Shown here: positions 1 to 9,463 of the stretch, in pieces
Numbering within the stretch: position 1 is the stretch's first letter
Layout: each line of letters starts with the position of its first letter
Source of the DNA: Armatimonadota bacterium
GTDB taxonomy: Bacteria > Armatimonadota > SYMT01
Assembly (NCBI GenBank): GCA_041690135.1
Contig: JAWLHY010000009.1
Location: 302,066 to 366,065, forward strand
Direction of reading: 5' to 3'
Length of the DNA stretch: 64,000 bases
Notes under the pieces: generated by a model
What the model saw: only the letters and a program-made list of their open reading frames with translations
Told to the model about the DNA's origin: nothing
The model's database searches: none
Made by a program: the position numbers and the translations under genes

Positions 1-72
1 CCGGCAGTCCCGGCCAGGAAGTGACGGCGGCTAAGCGTGGATGACGACATACGACTCTCCGTAGTGGTGAAA

Positions 73-128
73 GGTGTTCGGGTGTTCGGGTGTTGGGCTG
101 TTCAGGCTTTCAGGCCTTCGGGCGTCCG
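73..128. repeat. Degenerate octamer tandem repeat (GGTGTTCG-type, about 7 units)
   Basis: ggtgttcg ggtgttcg ggtgttgg gctgttca ggctttca ggccttcg ggcgtccg. Confidence 0.7.
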
Positions 129-322
129 GTATGCAGGCAGTCCGGCTGCCCGGTGAGGGGCAAAGTTCAGGCATGTTGTAACTATCTTCGCCCGTGCGCC
201 GGTTGATCCTCCCCAGATCGTCTCTGGATGCAGGGGGGAGCCGATCTTGTAGAGGAACCGGGCTCCTGACGGCCGAATGGGTGGAGTGGGCGAAGAGTGG
301 AGCCTCGTCCGGAACGGAAGAG

Positions 323-2503
323 ATGGCAGAACGAAGACTTGGGACCTGGAAGCTGCTGATCCCCGCGGTTGCCCTGGGTGCGGTTGGCTGGTCGGAGCTG
401 GCAGAGGCCGGACGTCCAGGTCTTACCGCCGGCAATGATTACTGGAGCGTGGAGAGTGATGCGGAGCGAAGGGCTCTCCCGAAGTACCAGGTGATTCCGG
501 CGGCCCGTCCCGCGGAGTTGACCCCGGCCGGGGAAGGAAGGGACCTGCGGAGTGGACGGAACTGGCCGCGGTCTCACGGTGGCGACGCGGGAACCCGGTA
601 CTCCACCTTGAGCCAGATTGACCGCCGCAACGTGAGCGAGCTTCAGGTCGCCTGGACCTATCGCTCCAAAGACGGCACCGGCAATATCCAGTGCAATCCG
701 ATCGTGGTGGACGGCGTGATGTATGCGCCCACGGTGGGGCACAACGTGGTGGCCGTGAATGCGGAGACCGGACAGGAGATCTGGCGGTTCCGACCCGAAG
801 GGCAGCCAGCCTTCCGCGGCCTCACTTACTGGCCGGGAGATGGTCGAAACGCTGCGCGTCTCCTGTTCAACGCCGGGAATGACCTGTGGTCGCTCGATGC
901 GAAAACGGGGCAGCCGGTGACCTCCTTCGGCCAGAAGGGGAGGGTGCGCTCCGGCCATTTCCGGGTCGCGCCGGCCGTCTACCGCGATGTGATCGTGATC
1001 GCCGGGTACGACCGGGACGTCTTCGGTTTCGAACTGCTGACCGGGAAGCCGCTCTGGACATTCCACACCATCCCCCAGCCGGGCGAATTCGGGTACGACA
1101 CGTGGGACGGGCCGGAGCAGGGCGCCAACTGCTGGGGCGGCATCGCGCTGGACGGCGAGCGAGGCATTGCCTACATCGCGACCGGTTCCCCCAAGCCGAA
1201 CTACGATGGCGCGGGCCACTGGGGCGACAATCTCTTCTCCAACTGTCTGATTGCGCTCGATGCGCAGACCGGCCGCCGCCTCTGGCACTTCCAGGAGATC
1301 CGCCACGACATCTGGGACATGGATCTCCCCGCGCCCCCGGTGCTGGTCTCCGTGAAGCGCGCCGGGAAGAAGGTGGATGCCGTCGCTACGGTCACGAAAC
1401 TGGGCAACACACTTCTGCTGGACCGGGTCACCGGCAAGCCGCTGTTTCCGTTTCGTCTGCGCCGCGCTCCCACGTCCAGACTGCCCGGGGAGCGGACCTC
1501 GCCCTATCAACCGGACCTGGAACTTCCGCAGCCGTTCTCCCGGCAGGTGTTCGGTCCGAACGACGTGACCAACATTTCTCCCGAGGCGCGGGAATTCATC
1601 TCGAAGCGGGTCCGCTCCGCGAACTACGGCTGGTTCCAGGCCTTCGAGCCCGGAAAGCCGACCGTTTACTACGGCGTGCATGGGGGCGGGGAGTGGACCG
1701 GGGCCTCGTTCGATCCTACCAGCGGTTACCTCTACATCAATGCCAACGAGTTGCCGTGGATCATCACGGTGATCCCGCATACGGCGCGGGTGAAACGCGA
1801 CCCGCAACAGCCGCCGACGGCGGGGGAGCAGGTCTATCGTCGCGAGTGCGTTTCCTGCCACGGATCGGAACGGGAGGGCGTGGGGGTCGCGCCGCCGTTG
1901 CTGGCGCTCGACTTCCGGATGAAGGATGCGGACCTGGTGCGCCTGCTGAAGACGGGCCGTGGCGGCACCCACCCGAGGTTCTCCCTGGCGGCGGCCGATG
2001 AGAGAACCCTGCTGGAGTACGTCTTCGACCGGGATCGGCCGGCAGTCGCTGTGGACCGCGGTAAGCGGCCGGAGTACACCTTCCTGGGTTTCCAAAAGCT
2101 GCTGGATGAAAACGGCTATCCCGGCAGCAAGCCGCCCTGGGGAACGCTCAACGCGCTCGACCTGAACACCGGGAAGCTGGTCTGGAAGGTGCCGTTGGGT
2201 GAGTATCCCGAACTGACGCAGCGAGGGATCCCGAAAACCGGCACGGAGAATTTCGGTGGCGCCCTTTCGACGGCCGGTGGCCTGGTCTTCTGCGCGGGCA
2301 CCCGGGACGAGAAAATCCGGGCCTTCGACGCGGCGACCGGCAAGGAGCTGTGGGAGCACCGCTTGCCGTTCGGAGGCTACGCGCCTCCCGCGACGTATGA
2401 AGTGAAGGGTCGGCAATACGTGGTCATCCCCGCCACCGGCGGGGGCAAGCTAGGCGGCCCGATGGGGGACGCCTACGTAGCCTTCGCCCTACCCCAACGT
2501 TAA
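323..2503 (+). CDS. PQQ-dependent (quinoprotein glucose dehydrogenase-like) dehydrogenase with embedded c-type cytochrome domain
   Basis: Signal peptide from ATG 323; RYSTLSQID, WHFQEIRHDIWDMD, PPWGTLNALDLNTG and YAPPATY motifs; CVSCH heme motif. Confidence 0.88.
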   Translation: MAERRLGTWKLLIPAVALGAVGWSELAEAGRPGLTAGNDYWSVESDAERRALPKYQVIPAARPAELTPAGEGRDLRSGRNWPRSHGGDAGTRYSTLSQIDRRNVSELQVAWTYRSKDGTGNIQCNPIVVDGVMYAPTVGHNVVAVNAETGQEIWRFRPEGQPAFRGLTYWPGDGRNAARLLFNAGNDLWSLDAKTGQPVTSFGQKGRVRSGHFRVAPAVYRDVIVIAGYDRDVFGFELLTGKPLWTFHTIPQPGEFGYDTWDGPEQGANCWGGIALDGERGIAYIATGSPKPNYDGAGHWGDNLFSNCLIALDAQTGRRLWHFQEIRHDIWDMDLPAPPVLVSVKRAGKKVDAVATVTKLGNTLLLDRVTGKPLFPFRLRRAPTSRLPGERTSPYQPDLELPQPFSRQVFGPNDVTNISPEAREFISKRVRSANYGWFQAFEPGKPTVYYGVHGGGEWTGASFDPTSGYLYINANELPWIITVIPHTARVKRDPQQPPTAGEQVYRRECVSCHGSEREGVGVAPPLLALDFRMKDADLVRLLKTGRGGTHPRFSLAAADERTLLEYVFDRDRPAVAVDRGKRPEYTFLGFQKLLDENGYPGSKPPWGTLNALDLNTGKLVWKVPLGEYPELTQRGIPKTGTENFGGALSTAGGLVFCAGTRDEKIRAFDAATGKELWEHRLPFGGYAPPATYEVKGRQYVVIPATGGGKLGGPMGDAYVAFALPQR

Positions 2504-2524
2504 ATTTCAATCCGGAGACCTGCG

Positions 2525-3409
2525 ATGGAAAGAAGAACGATCCTGAAGGGCACCCTCGGCGCCCTGGCCTGTGCCGGCATGAGCGGTGGTGTGCCGGCTT
2601 CCGCCGCGGAGCGGAAGCGCACCGGGCGCGACTTGTTCGCGAAGGACAATCTGATCGCCTGGTGCATCGTCCCGTTCGACGCGAAGAAGCGGGGGCCGGA
2701 GGAGCGCGCCGAGATGCTCAAACAACTCGGCATCCAGCGCCTCGCCTATGACTGGCGGGCGGAGCACATCCCCACCTTCGACCAGGAGCTGGATGCCCTC
2801 CAGAAGCGGGGGATCACCCTGGACGCCTTCTGGTGCCCGTGCGGGCCGGAGCCGGAGAAGGAAGGACATGTCACGGCGATCCTCGACTTTGTCCGGCGGA
2901 GGAAGTTGAAGACGCAGTTGTGGGTTTTGACCGGAGTAGGAGACCAGGGCAGCCAGCAGGAGAAGGTTGCGCGCGCCGCGAAGCCGCTCGCGTGGATGGC
3001 CGACGAGGCCGCTAAGCTTGGCTGTTCCGTGGGTCTCTACAACCACGGCGGCTGGTTCGGGGAGCCTGAGAACCAGATCGAAATCATCGAGGCGCTGGGC
3101 AAGAAGAACGTCGGCATCGTCTACAACTTCCACCACGGGCACCCGCACATCGACCGCTTCCGCCCGATGTTCGCCAGGATGCAGCCGCACCTGATCGCCC
3201 TCAATATCAACGGAATGATGAAGAGCGGCAATCCCAAGATCCTCGGCGTCGGCAAAGGCGAGGTCGATCTCGACCTGCTGACTGTGGTGGCAAAGAGCGG
3301 CTGGAGCGGTCCCATTGGCATCCTTGGCCACCGCGCTGAGCTGGATGCTGAAGTGGCCCTCAAGGAAAACCTGGACGGCCTGGAATTGCTCAAGCCCCGG
3401 TTACCCTGA
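2525..3409 (+). CDS. Sugar phosphate isomerase/epimerase family (TIM barrel), Tat-exported
   Basis: ERRTILK Tat motif; LYNHGGW and YNFHH motifs. Confidence 0.8.
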   Translation: MERRTILKGTLGALACAGMSGGVPASAAERKRTGRDLFAKDNLIAWCIVPFDAKKRGPEERAEMLKQLGIQRLAYDWRAEHIPTFDQELDALQKRGITLDAFWCPCGPEPEKEGHVTAILDFVRRRKLKTQLWVLTGVGDQGSQQEKVARAAKPLAWMADEAAKLGCSVGLYNHGGWFGEPENQIEIIEALGKKNVGIVYNFHHGHPHIDRFRPMFARMQPHLIALNINGMMKSGNPKILGVGKGEVDLDLLTVVAKSGWSGPIGILGHRAELDAEVALKENLDGLELLKPRLP

Positions 3410-3857
3410 CCTGACCTGGATCTTGAGGAGTTTCGAAGGCGCTGCGCGACTGAAGGTCCGCGGCGCCGTACCTTTGGCCACCGAATGGGTGGGCACTCCC
3501 TCTCCGGTCCGCTCTCGGGACAAACCGCCGCCGGCCTATTCGCTGGTGCAGTGACTGGCATTGCCTTTGGATCTCGATGCCTTATCGTCAGTGGCGAGTG
3601 CCCTCATCGGCGGATCCACAGCGGATTTCAAGTGACATTTTTCACTCTTGGAACGGCGCCGGCAGGGGAATATTCTCTTGACCGCCCGTAGACCTCCGCA
3701 GCACGGGTAGTCCAGGCTCCCCCGCGGGCAACCATCTCTCGAACCGGGACGATCAGCCTCCCCGCCGCCACCAAGTGTTTGCAAAATGTTCATCAATCGG
3801 CAGCCGGGTTGTCGTTCGGGGGAGGGTGAATGCCTGCTCGTTTGGAAAGGCAAATCC

Positions 3858-5228
3858 ATGAAGCGTCACCGCACCGTCGCGGCGGCGATTACGACCTCAC
3901 TTCTGGTTGGCGGCACCATCGCCCTTGCGACCGCGTCACCGGCCAACATCCCCAACCTCAAGGCGTTCGCGAACCCAACGGGCGACTCGCACACCTTTGG
4001 GGCGGATGGGCAACTTCCCCTCGACAATCCTTTCTTCCAGAGCCTCGGCACGAACGGCCGCGCCTGCGTCCATTGCCACCAGCCCGGTGAAGGATGGGGG
4101 ATCACTCCGGCCGGTGTCCAGGCCCGCTTCGAAGCTACGGAGGGTCTCGATCCGATCTTCCGCACCAACGACGGCTCGAACTCACCCCTTGCGGACGTCT
4201 CCACGGTGGAGGCCCGGCGGCAGGCCTACAGCATGCTGCTGAACAAAGGCCTGATCCGGGTAGGCATCGGAGTTCCGGCCGGCGCGGAATTTACTCTTAC
4301 AGCCGTGGACGATCCCTACGGCTACGCGCATGTGGGAGAGTTGTCGCTGTTCCGGCGACCCCTGCCCTCCACCAATCTGCGCTATATGACCGCCATTATG
4401 TGGGACGGACGCCAGTCCCCCGCGGGCCGGAGCATGGAAGACAACCTTATCGAGCAGGCTCGAGGCGCAACGCTGGGGCATGCGGAAGCCGCCACATCGC
4501 CAACGGATGCACAGCTTCGGGAGATCGTCCGGTTCGAAACGGGCCTGTTCACCGCCCAGTGCCGGGATTCGGATTGCGGCCAGCTTCATAGTCAGGGCGC
4601 GAAAGGCGGCGCGCAGGTCCTGGCAAAGGTCCCGTTCCACCCCGGTATCAATGATCCGATCCTCCCGGACCCCTCCGGCCAGCCTTCGACCCCGATCGTC
4701 ATGACGTTGTTCGATGGTTGGAGCCGCGACAGCCGGAAATCCGCCCAGGCCGTGCGGCGTCAGGCCGTCGTGCGGGGACAGGCCCTGTTCAATTCGCGGC
4801 AGTTCGCAATCACGGGTGTCTCGGGGCTCAACGACGAGCTGGGACAGCCTTTGATCATGGGCACCTGTTCCACCTGCCACAACACGCCCAACGTCGGAAA
4901 CCACTCGATGCCCCGGGCGCTGGATATCGGCCTGACCGATGCCTCGCTGCGGACCCCGGATATGCCGCTCTATACGCTCCGGAACAACACCACGGGTGAA
5001 ATCCGGCTTACAACCGATCCCGGAAGGGCGTTGATCACCGGGAAATGGAAGGACGTGGGTCGCTTCAAGGGAGCGGTGCTCCGTGGTCTTGCCGCGCGGG
5101 CTCCCTATTTCCACAATGGGCTGGCCGCAAGCCTCATGGACGTGGTGGACTTCTACGACAGCCGCTTCAGTATGGGTCTTACCGCACAGGAAAAGGCGGA
5201 CCTTGTTGCCTTCATGCGGTCCCTCTAG
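3858..5228 (+). CDS. Di-heme cytochrome c peroxidase/MauG-like protein
   Basis: Signal peptide; CVHCH and CSTCH; MWDGR; LRGLAARAPYFHNG; purine-rich RBS before ATG 3858. Confidence 0.82.
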   Translation: MKRHRTVAAAITTSLLVGGTIALATASPANIPNLKAFANPTGDSHTFGADGQLPLDNPFFQSLGTNGRACVHCHQPGEGWGITPAGVQARFEATEGLDPIFRTNDGSNSPLADVSTVEARRQAYSMLLNKGLIRVGIGVPAGAEFTLTAVDDPYGYAHVGELSLFRRPLPSTNLRYMTAIMWDGRQSPAGRSMEDNLIEQARGATLGHAEAATSPTDAQLREIVRFETGLFTAQCRDSDCGQLHSQGAKGGAQVLAKVPFHPGINDPILPDPSGQPSTPIVMTLFDGWSRDSRKSAQAVRRQAVVRGQALFNSRQFAITGVSGLNDELGQPLIMGTCSTCHNTPNVGNHSMPRALDIGLTDASLRTPDMPLYTLRNNTTGEIRLTTDPGRALITGKWKDVGRFKGAVLRGLAARAPYFHNGLAASLMDVVDFYDSRFSMGLTAQEKADLVAFMRSL

Positions 5229-5285
5229 CCGGGTGGTTTAGAGAATCGGACCTCGCCGACAGTGACCCAGGCTCGCGGGCCTGGG

Positions 5286-5696
5286 TCACTCCGTCCGTGG
5301 GGCGGAGGTGGCGACCAGAAGCTGCTCCACCTCCGCCGGCAACTCGGGGCGGCCGCGCTGGTTTAGCGCCGTGCCGATCACTTTCGCCCGGAGGACCGGT
5401 TTCTCGTCCGGAAGGCGCAAGATCTCCTGGTTGAAGCCGAACCGGAGACGCGAGATTCGCTCCGTCGTCAGCCGCACCTCGAACCGGTCGCCGCTGCGCA
5501 GCGGATAGAGGTAGTCCAGCTCGATCCGGACCACCACCAGGTCCACCCCGCGCCGCGAGAGGTCCGCGAAGTCAAGGCCGTTCTGCTTCAGGAAAACGTG
5601 CCGGGTGTGCTCCAGGTAGTTCTGATAGACGGCGTTGTTCACGATCCCCTGCAGGTCGCACTCATAGTCGCGAACCTCGAACTCCAGCTTGAACAC
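5286..5696 (-). CDS. Acyl-CoA thioesterase (YbgC/FcbC hotdog family)
   Basis: VRDYECDLQGIVNNAVYQNYLEHTR motif; GTG start inferred. Confidence 0.88.
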   Translation of the reverse strand: MFKLEFEVRDYECDLQGIVNNAVYQNYLEHTRHVFLKQNGLDFADLSRRGVDLVVVRIELDYLYPLRSGDRFEVRLTTERISRLRFGFNQEILRLPDEKPVLRAKVIGTALNQRGRPELPAEVEQLLVATSAPRTE

Positions 5697-6202
5697 GCTT
5701 GCGCTCCTATCATGCGAGGCGGTGGCTACTTCTCCAAGCCGAAGCCGAGCCTCTCTCCAGGGGAGTATATACCAGTCAGGCCTCCTCTGCTCCGGCAAGC
5801 TGTGCGGCGCCCGCACCCCGCCTGTAACTGTAAATAACCTAATCATCACTGCGGGGAGGGGTAGAACCCAACTGCCTTCACAGACCACCACCGCCACATA
5901 GCCGAAGCACGGCCCTTCCGTGCCAGCACCTTATTACCCGACGCGGCAGGCCCCCTGGTCGGGGAAGTTGTGATGGACGAGGACTCCTCATCCTTATCCT
6001 GGTCCTAATCCATCCGGGGCCCCCTGGTCAGGGGAGTGGCAATTACACGGACGTGGTAACCACATTCCACCCCGACCACATTCCCAACTACGAAGCCAAA
6101 ACCCGTCAGAAGGAGTGCCGAACCTGCTCCTCCAACTCAGTGGAGAACCTCCGGAACGCGAACCGTTGAGAGTGTCGAGTCTTGCGAGGGGAGAAAGCGG
6201 CA

Positions 6203-7555
6203 ATGCTCGGGAACAGCAGGGGTGTGAAGAAACTGGCAGCACTTACGCTCTTGGCGTCTACGGTCGCGGCGTGGGGTGCCTCGGAACCCATGCAGCCGGC
6301 GGATTTGAAGATTACAGGCGATTGGGAAATCACCGTTGCGGTTCCGGGCCGGAAAAGCGGCGAGGCGAAACTGCGGATCCCGCCTTCGGAGATGATCGCC
6401 GTCAACGGTGAAAAGTACGACGCACTGCCGCTCTTCAACCCGCGCGCCGGCGGCTGGATGCGGGGCGCCCGCCTGAAGCCGCTGATCGCCCAGGAGACCA
6501 CGACGCCCTACCTTCTCGATCCGGCCAGCCTGACCGTGCGCGCGAGCGCCGAGGCGGCGGCGGAAACGTTCACGCGCGGCAAGGATTACGAGGCGGACCT
6601 CGATTGGGGGACCGTGGGCCGCCTGGCCAGTGGCCGGATCCGCGAGGGACAGCCGGTCTACATCAGCTACCGCTACGCACCACAGCGTCTCGACTCGATC
6701 GTGCTCACCCGGAGTGGGAAGATCGAGTTGCGCCGCGGGGAACCTCGTACATCCGCGGCCGCTCCCCCGGACTTGCCCGCAGGCGAACGGCGACTGGCGA
6801 ATGTGTGGTTGCCCGGACGAGTGGCGAAATTGGCGCCGGAGCATCTGTTCCCGATCCTGGAGACGGAGTACCCGCGGTCCGCTCCCGCCGGTCCCTCCGT
6901 GGCCGAGAAGCTGCTGCCGAAGACGCTCAAGAAGCTCCGTTCCGGGGAGCCGCTGCGGATCCTGGCCTGGGGAGACAGCGTCACGGTGGGCACCTACGTT
7001 CCGGACCCGGAGCGCAACCGCTGGCAGGCGCAGTTCGTCGCCCGGCTCCGGGAGCGGTTCCCGAAGGCGAAGATCGAGCTGGTTACCGAAGCCTGGGGAG
7101 GCCGGAACACGGGGTCCTACCTGGCGGAGCCTCCCGGCAGCGAGCACAACTACCAGGAAAAGGTGCTTGCGGCGAAGCCGGACCTGGTCGTTTCCGAGTT
7201 CGTTAACGACGCCGGCCTGAACCCGTCGCAAGTCGAGGAGCGGTACGGCAAGCTGCTCCACGACTTTCGCGGGCTCGGGGCGGAGTGGATCATCCTCACA
7301 CCGCACTACGTCCGACCGGACTGGATGGGCCTGAACCGGGAGCGCGATATCGACCAGGACCCCCGCCCTTACGTCGCCGGTCTCCGCCAGTTCGCACCCA
7401 AGCATGGCGTGGCGCTCGCGGACGCCTCCCTCCGCTACGGCCGCCTCTGGCGCCAGGGCATTCCCTACACCACCCTGATGCTCAACTCGATCAACCACCC
7501 CGACGCCCGTGGAATGGCGATCTTCGCCGAATCGCTGATGGAACTGTTTCCCTGA
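6203..7555 (+). CDS. SGNH/GDSL hydrolase with N-terminal extension, secreted
   Basis: WGDSVT block I, EFVND block III, NSINHP block V; signal peptide. Confidence 0.85.
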   Translation: MLGNSRGVKKLAALTLLASTVAAWGASEPMQPADLKITGDWEITVAVPGRKSGEAKLRIPPSEMIAVNGEKYDALPLFNPRAGGWMRGARLKPLIAQETTTPYLLDPASLTVRASAEAAAETFTRGKDYEADLDWGTVGRLASGRIREGQPVYISYRYAPQRLDSIVLTRSGKIELRRGEPRTSAAAPPDLPAGERRLANVWLPGRVAKLAPEHLFPILETEYPRSAPAGPSVAEKLLPKTLKKLRSGEPLRILAWGDSVTVGTYVPDPERNRWQAQFVARLRERFPKAKIELVTEAWGGRNTGSYLAEPPGSEHNYQEKVLAAKPDLVVSEFVNDAGLNPSQVEERYGKLLHDFRGLGAEWIILTPHYVRPDWMGLNRERDIDQDPRPYVAGLRQFAPKHGVALADASLRYGRLWRQGIPYTTLMLNSINHPDARGMAIFAESLMELFP

Positions 7556-7591
7556 AGTCTCCATCGTACAATAGTGAAGGGGGAGAACGCG

Positions 7592-7894
7592 ATGCCGCTT
7601 ACTACTGACACCAATCTTTCGCCTCTAGGCGAGCAGGCAAGGAATATCTACGAGGCGAGGCTCAGATCTTTGTTAGAGCGGGATCATATGGGTCAGGCAG
7701 TTGCTATTCACGTAGACACGGGCGACTATGCGGTCGCTTCCAGCCACAGCGAGGCAGCCGGTTTATTGCTTACCCGCCACGAGCGAGACGGGCGAATTGT
7801 GACCTTGACAATCGGTCCACCAACTGATACTGACCTTCGACTTGCAGCACGGATCGCCGCTAGCCAGAAAATGCTGATTGAGTTTCCCGGCTAG
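7592..7894 (+). CDS. Small hypothetical protein
   Basis: RBS GGGAG; IYE..LR..LE..H.G..VAIHVDTGDY pattern; more AT-rich codons than its neighbours. Confidence 0.7.
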   Translation: MPLTTDTNLSPLGEQARNIYEARLRSLLERDHMGQAVAIHVDTGDYAVASSHSEAAGLLLTRHERDGRIVTLTIGPPTDTDLRLAARIAASQKMLIEFPG

Positions 7895-7906
7895 GTAGGT
7901 TTGCCC

Positions 7907-9463
7907 TCAAGCGAGGATCCCATTTACGACCTTTCCCTCGTTGGTGGGGCCGATGAGGCGGTTGTTGAGGCCCTGGTAGGTGTAGTGGAAGCGGTAGGGG
8001 TCGAGGCCGAGCCGGTTCAGGATCGTCGCCTGGAGGTCCCGGACGGTGACCTTGTCCTTCACGATGTAGTAGCCGAGCTCATCCGTTTCCCCAAAGGCCA
8101 GGCCCGACTTGATCCCGCCCCCGGCCATCCACATGGTGAAGGCGAAGGGATGATGGTCGCGGCCGATGAAGCCCTTCGCCCGCTCCGTGCGGACGTTGTT
8201 CTGCATCATGGGGGTGCGACCGAACTCGCCGCCCCACACCACCAGGGTGCTGTCGAGCAGGCCCCGCTGCTTCAGGTCGGCCAGGAGGCCCGCCACGGCG
8301 CGGTCGATCTGCCGGCACTTGATAGGGAGCGTCTCGTCGATCGACTCACCCGGTGAGCTGCCGTGGTGGTCCCAGCCCCAGTCGTAGAGCTGGACGAAGC
8401 GGACGCCGCGCTCCACGAGCCGCCGGGCCAGGAGGCAGTTGTTGGCGAAGGTGGCGTCTTCCCCCTTGTAGTCGGCGCGGGGGTCGTCCTTCCCTTCGAT
8501 GTTGGAGACGTGGCCCGGCTTAGCACCGTACAGGTCGAGGACGTGCCGCGGCTCCTTCGAGATGTCCATCACGTCCGGGACGGAGACCTGCATCCGGAAC
8601 GCCAGCTCGTACTGTTCGATGCGCGTGAGCGTCTCGGCATCGCCGACTTTCTTGAGCTGGTACTCGTTCAGGTCCTTCAGCGCGTCCAGGGTCTTGCGTC
8701 GGAGGTTGCGGTCGATCCCCGCCGGGTTGGAGAGGAACAGCACCGGGTCGCCGCCGTCCGTGCGGCACTGCACGCCCTGGTACACGGTCGGCAGGAAGCC
8801 GCTGCCCCACACGCTCTTGCCGGCGTCCGGCGACTTCCCACCGGAGGTGAGCACCACGAAGCCGGGGAGATCCTGGTTGACGCTACCGAGACCATAGGTG
8901 GCCCAGGCCCCCATGCTGGGATAGCCGAAACGGGGCTGCCCGGTGTGGAGATAGAGTTGCGCCGGCGCGTGGTTGAACTGGTCGGTCGTCATGGAGCGGA
9001 TGACGCAGAGGTCATCCGCCTTTGCCGCTAGATGGGGCAGCAGCTCGCTGACCCACTGGCCGCTCTGGCCGTGCTGTTTGAACTTGAACACCGGCCCGAG
9101 CATCTTGGGGACGCCCTTGATGAACGCGAACCGCTTCCCCTTGAGGAACTCCTCCGGGCAGTCCTGGCCATCATACTTGATCAACTCGGGCTTGTGCTCG
9201 AACAACTCCAACTGGGAAGGCGATCCCGCCATGTGAAGGTAGATGACCGCCTTGGCCTGGGGCGGAAGCATCGGCGCCCGGGGGCTGAGTGGGCCCGGCT
9301 TCGGCGCCCCGGCCGGTGATCCGGCGGCCGGCGCGGCGTTGCCGTCGCTCTGGAGCAGGGTGCTGAGGGCCATGTTGCCCACCCCAAGCCCGATGCCGCC
9401 GAAGAACTGGCGGCGGGTCACTGCCTGGGCCTGAAGTAATCGGAGTTCGTCTTGGGGATTCAT
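7907..9463 (-). CDS. DUF1501 (sulfatase-like) protein, Tat signal
   Basis: TRRQFF; HMAGSPSQLE; CLLARRLVERGVRFVQL; WGGEFGRTP; GRDHH. Confidence 0.92.
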   Translation of the reverse strand: MNPQDELRLLQAQAVTRRQFFGGIGLGVGNMALSTLLQSDGNAAPAAGSPAGAPKPGPLSPRAPMLPPQAKAVIYLHMAGSPSQLELFEHKPELIKYDGQDCPEEFLKGKRFAFIKGVPKMLGPVFKFKQHGQSGQWVSELLPHLAAKADDLCVIRSMTTDQFNHAPAQLYLHTGQPRFGYPSMGAWATYGLGSVNQDLPGFVVLTSGGKSPDAGKSVWGSGFLPTVYQGVQCRTDGGDPVLFLSNPAGIDRNLRRKTLDALKDLNEYQLKKVGDAETLTRIEQYELAFRMQVSVPDVMDISKEPRHVLDLYGAKPGHVSNIEGKDDPRADYKGEDATFANNCLLARRLVERGVRFVQLYDWGWDHHGSSPGESIDETLPIKCRQIDRAVAGLLADLKQRGLLDSTLVVWGGEFGRTPMMQNNVRTERAKGFIGRDHHPFAFTMWMAGGGIKSGLAFGETDELGYYIVKDKVTVRDLQATILNRLGLDPYRFHYTYQGLNNRLIGPTNEGKVVNGILA

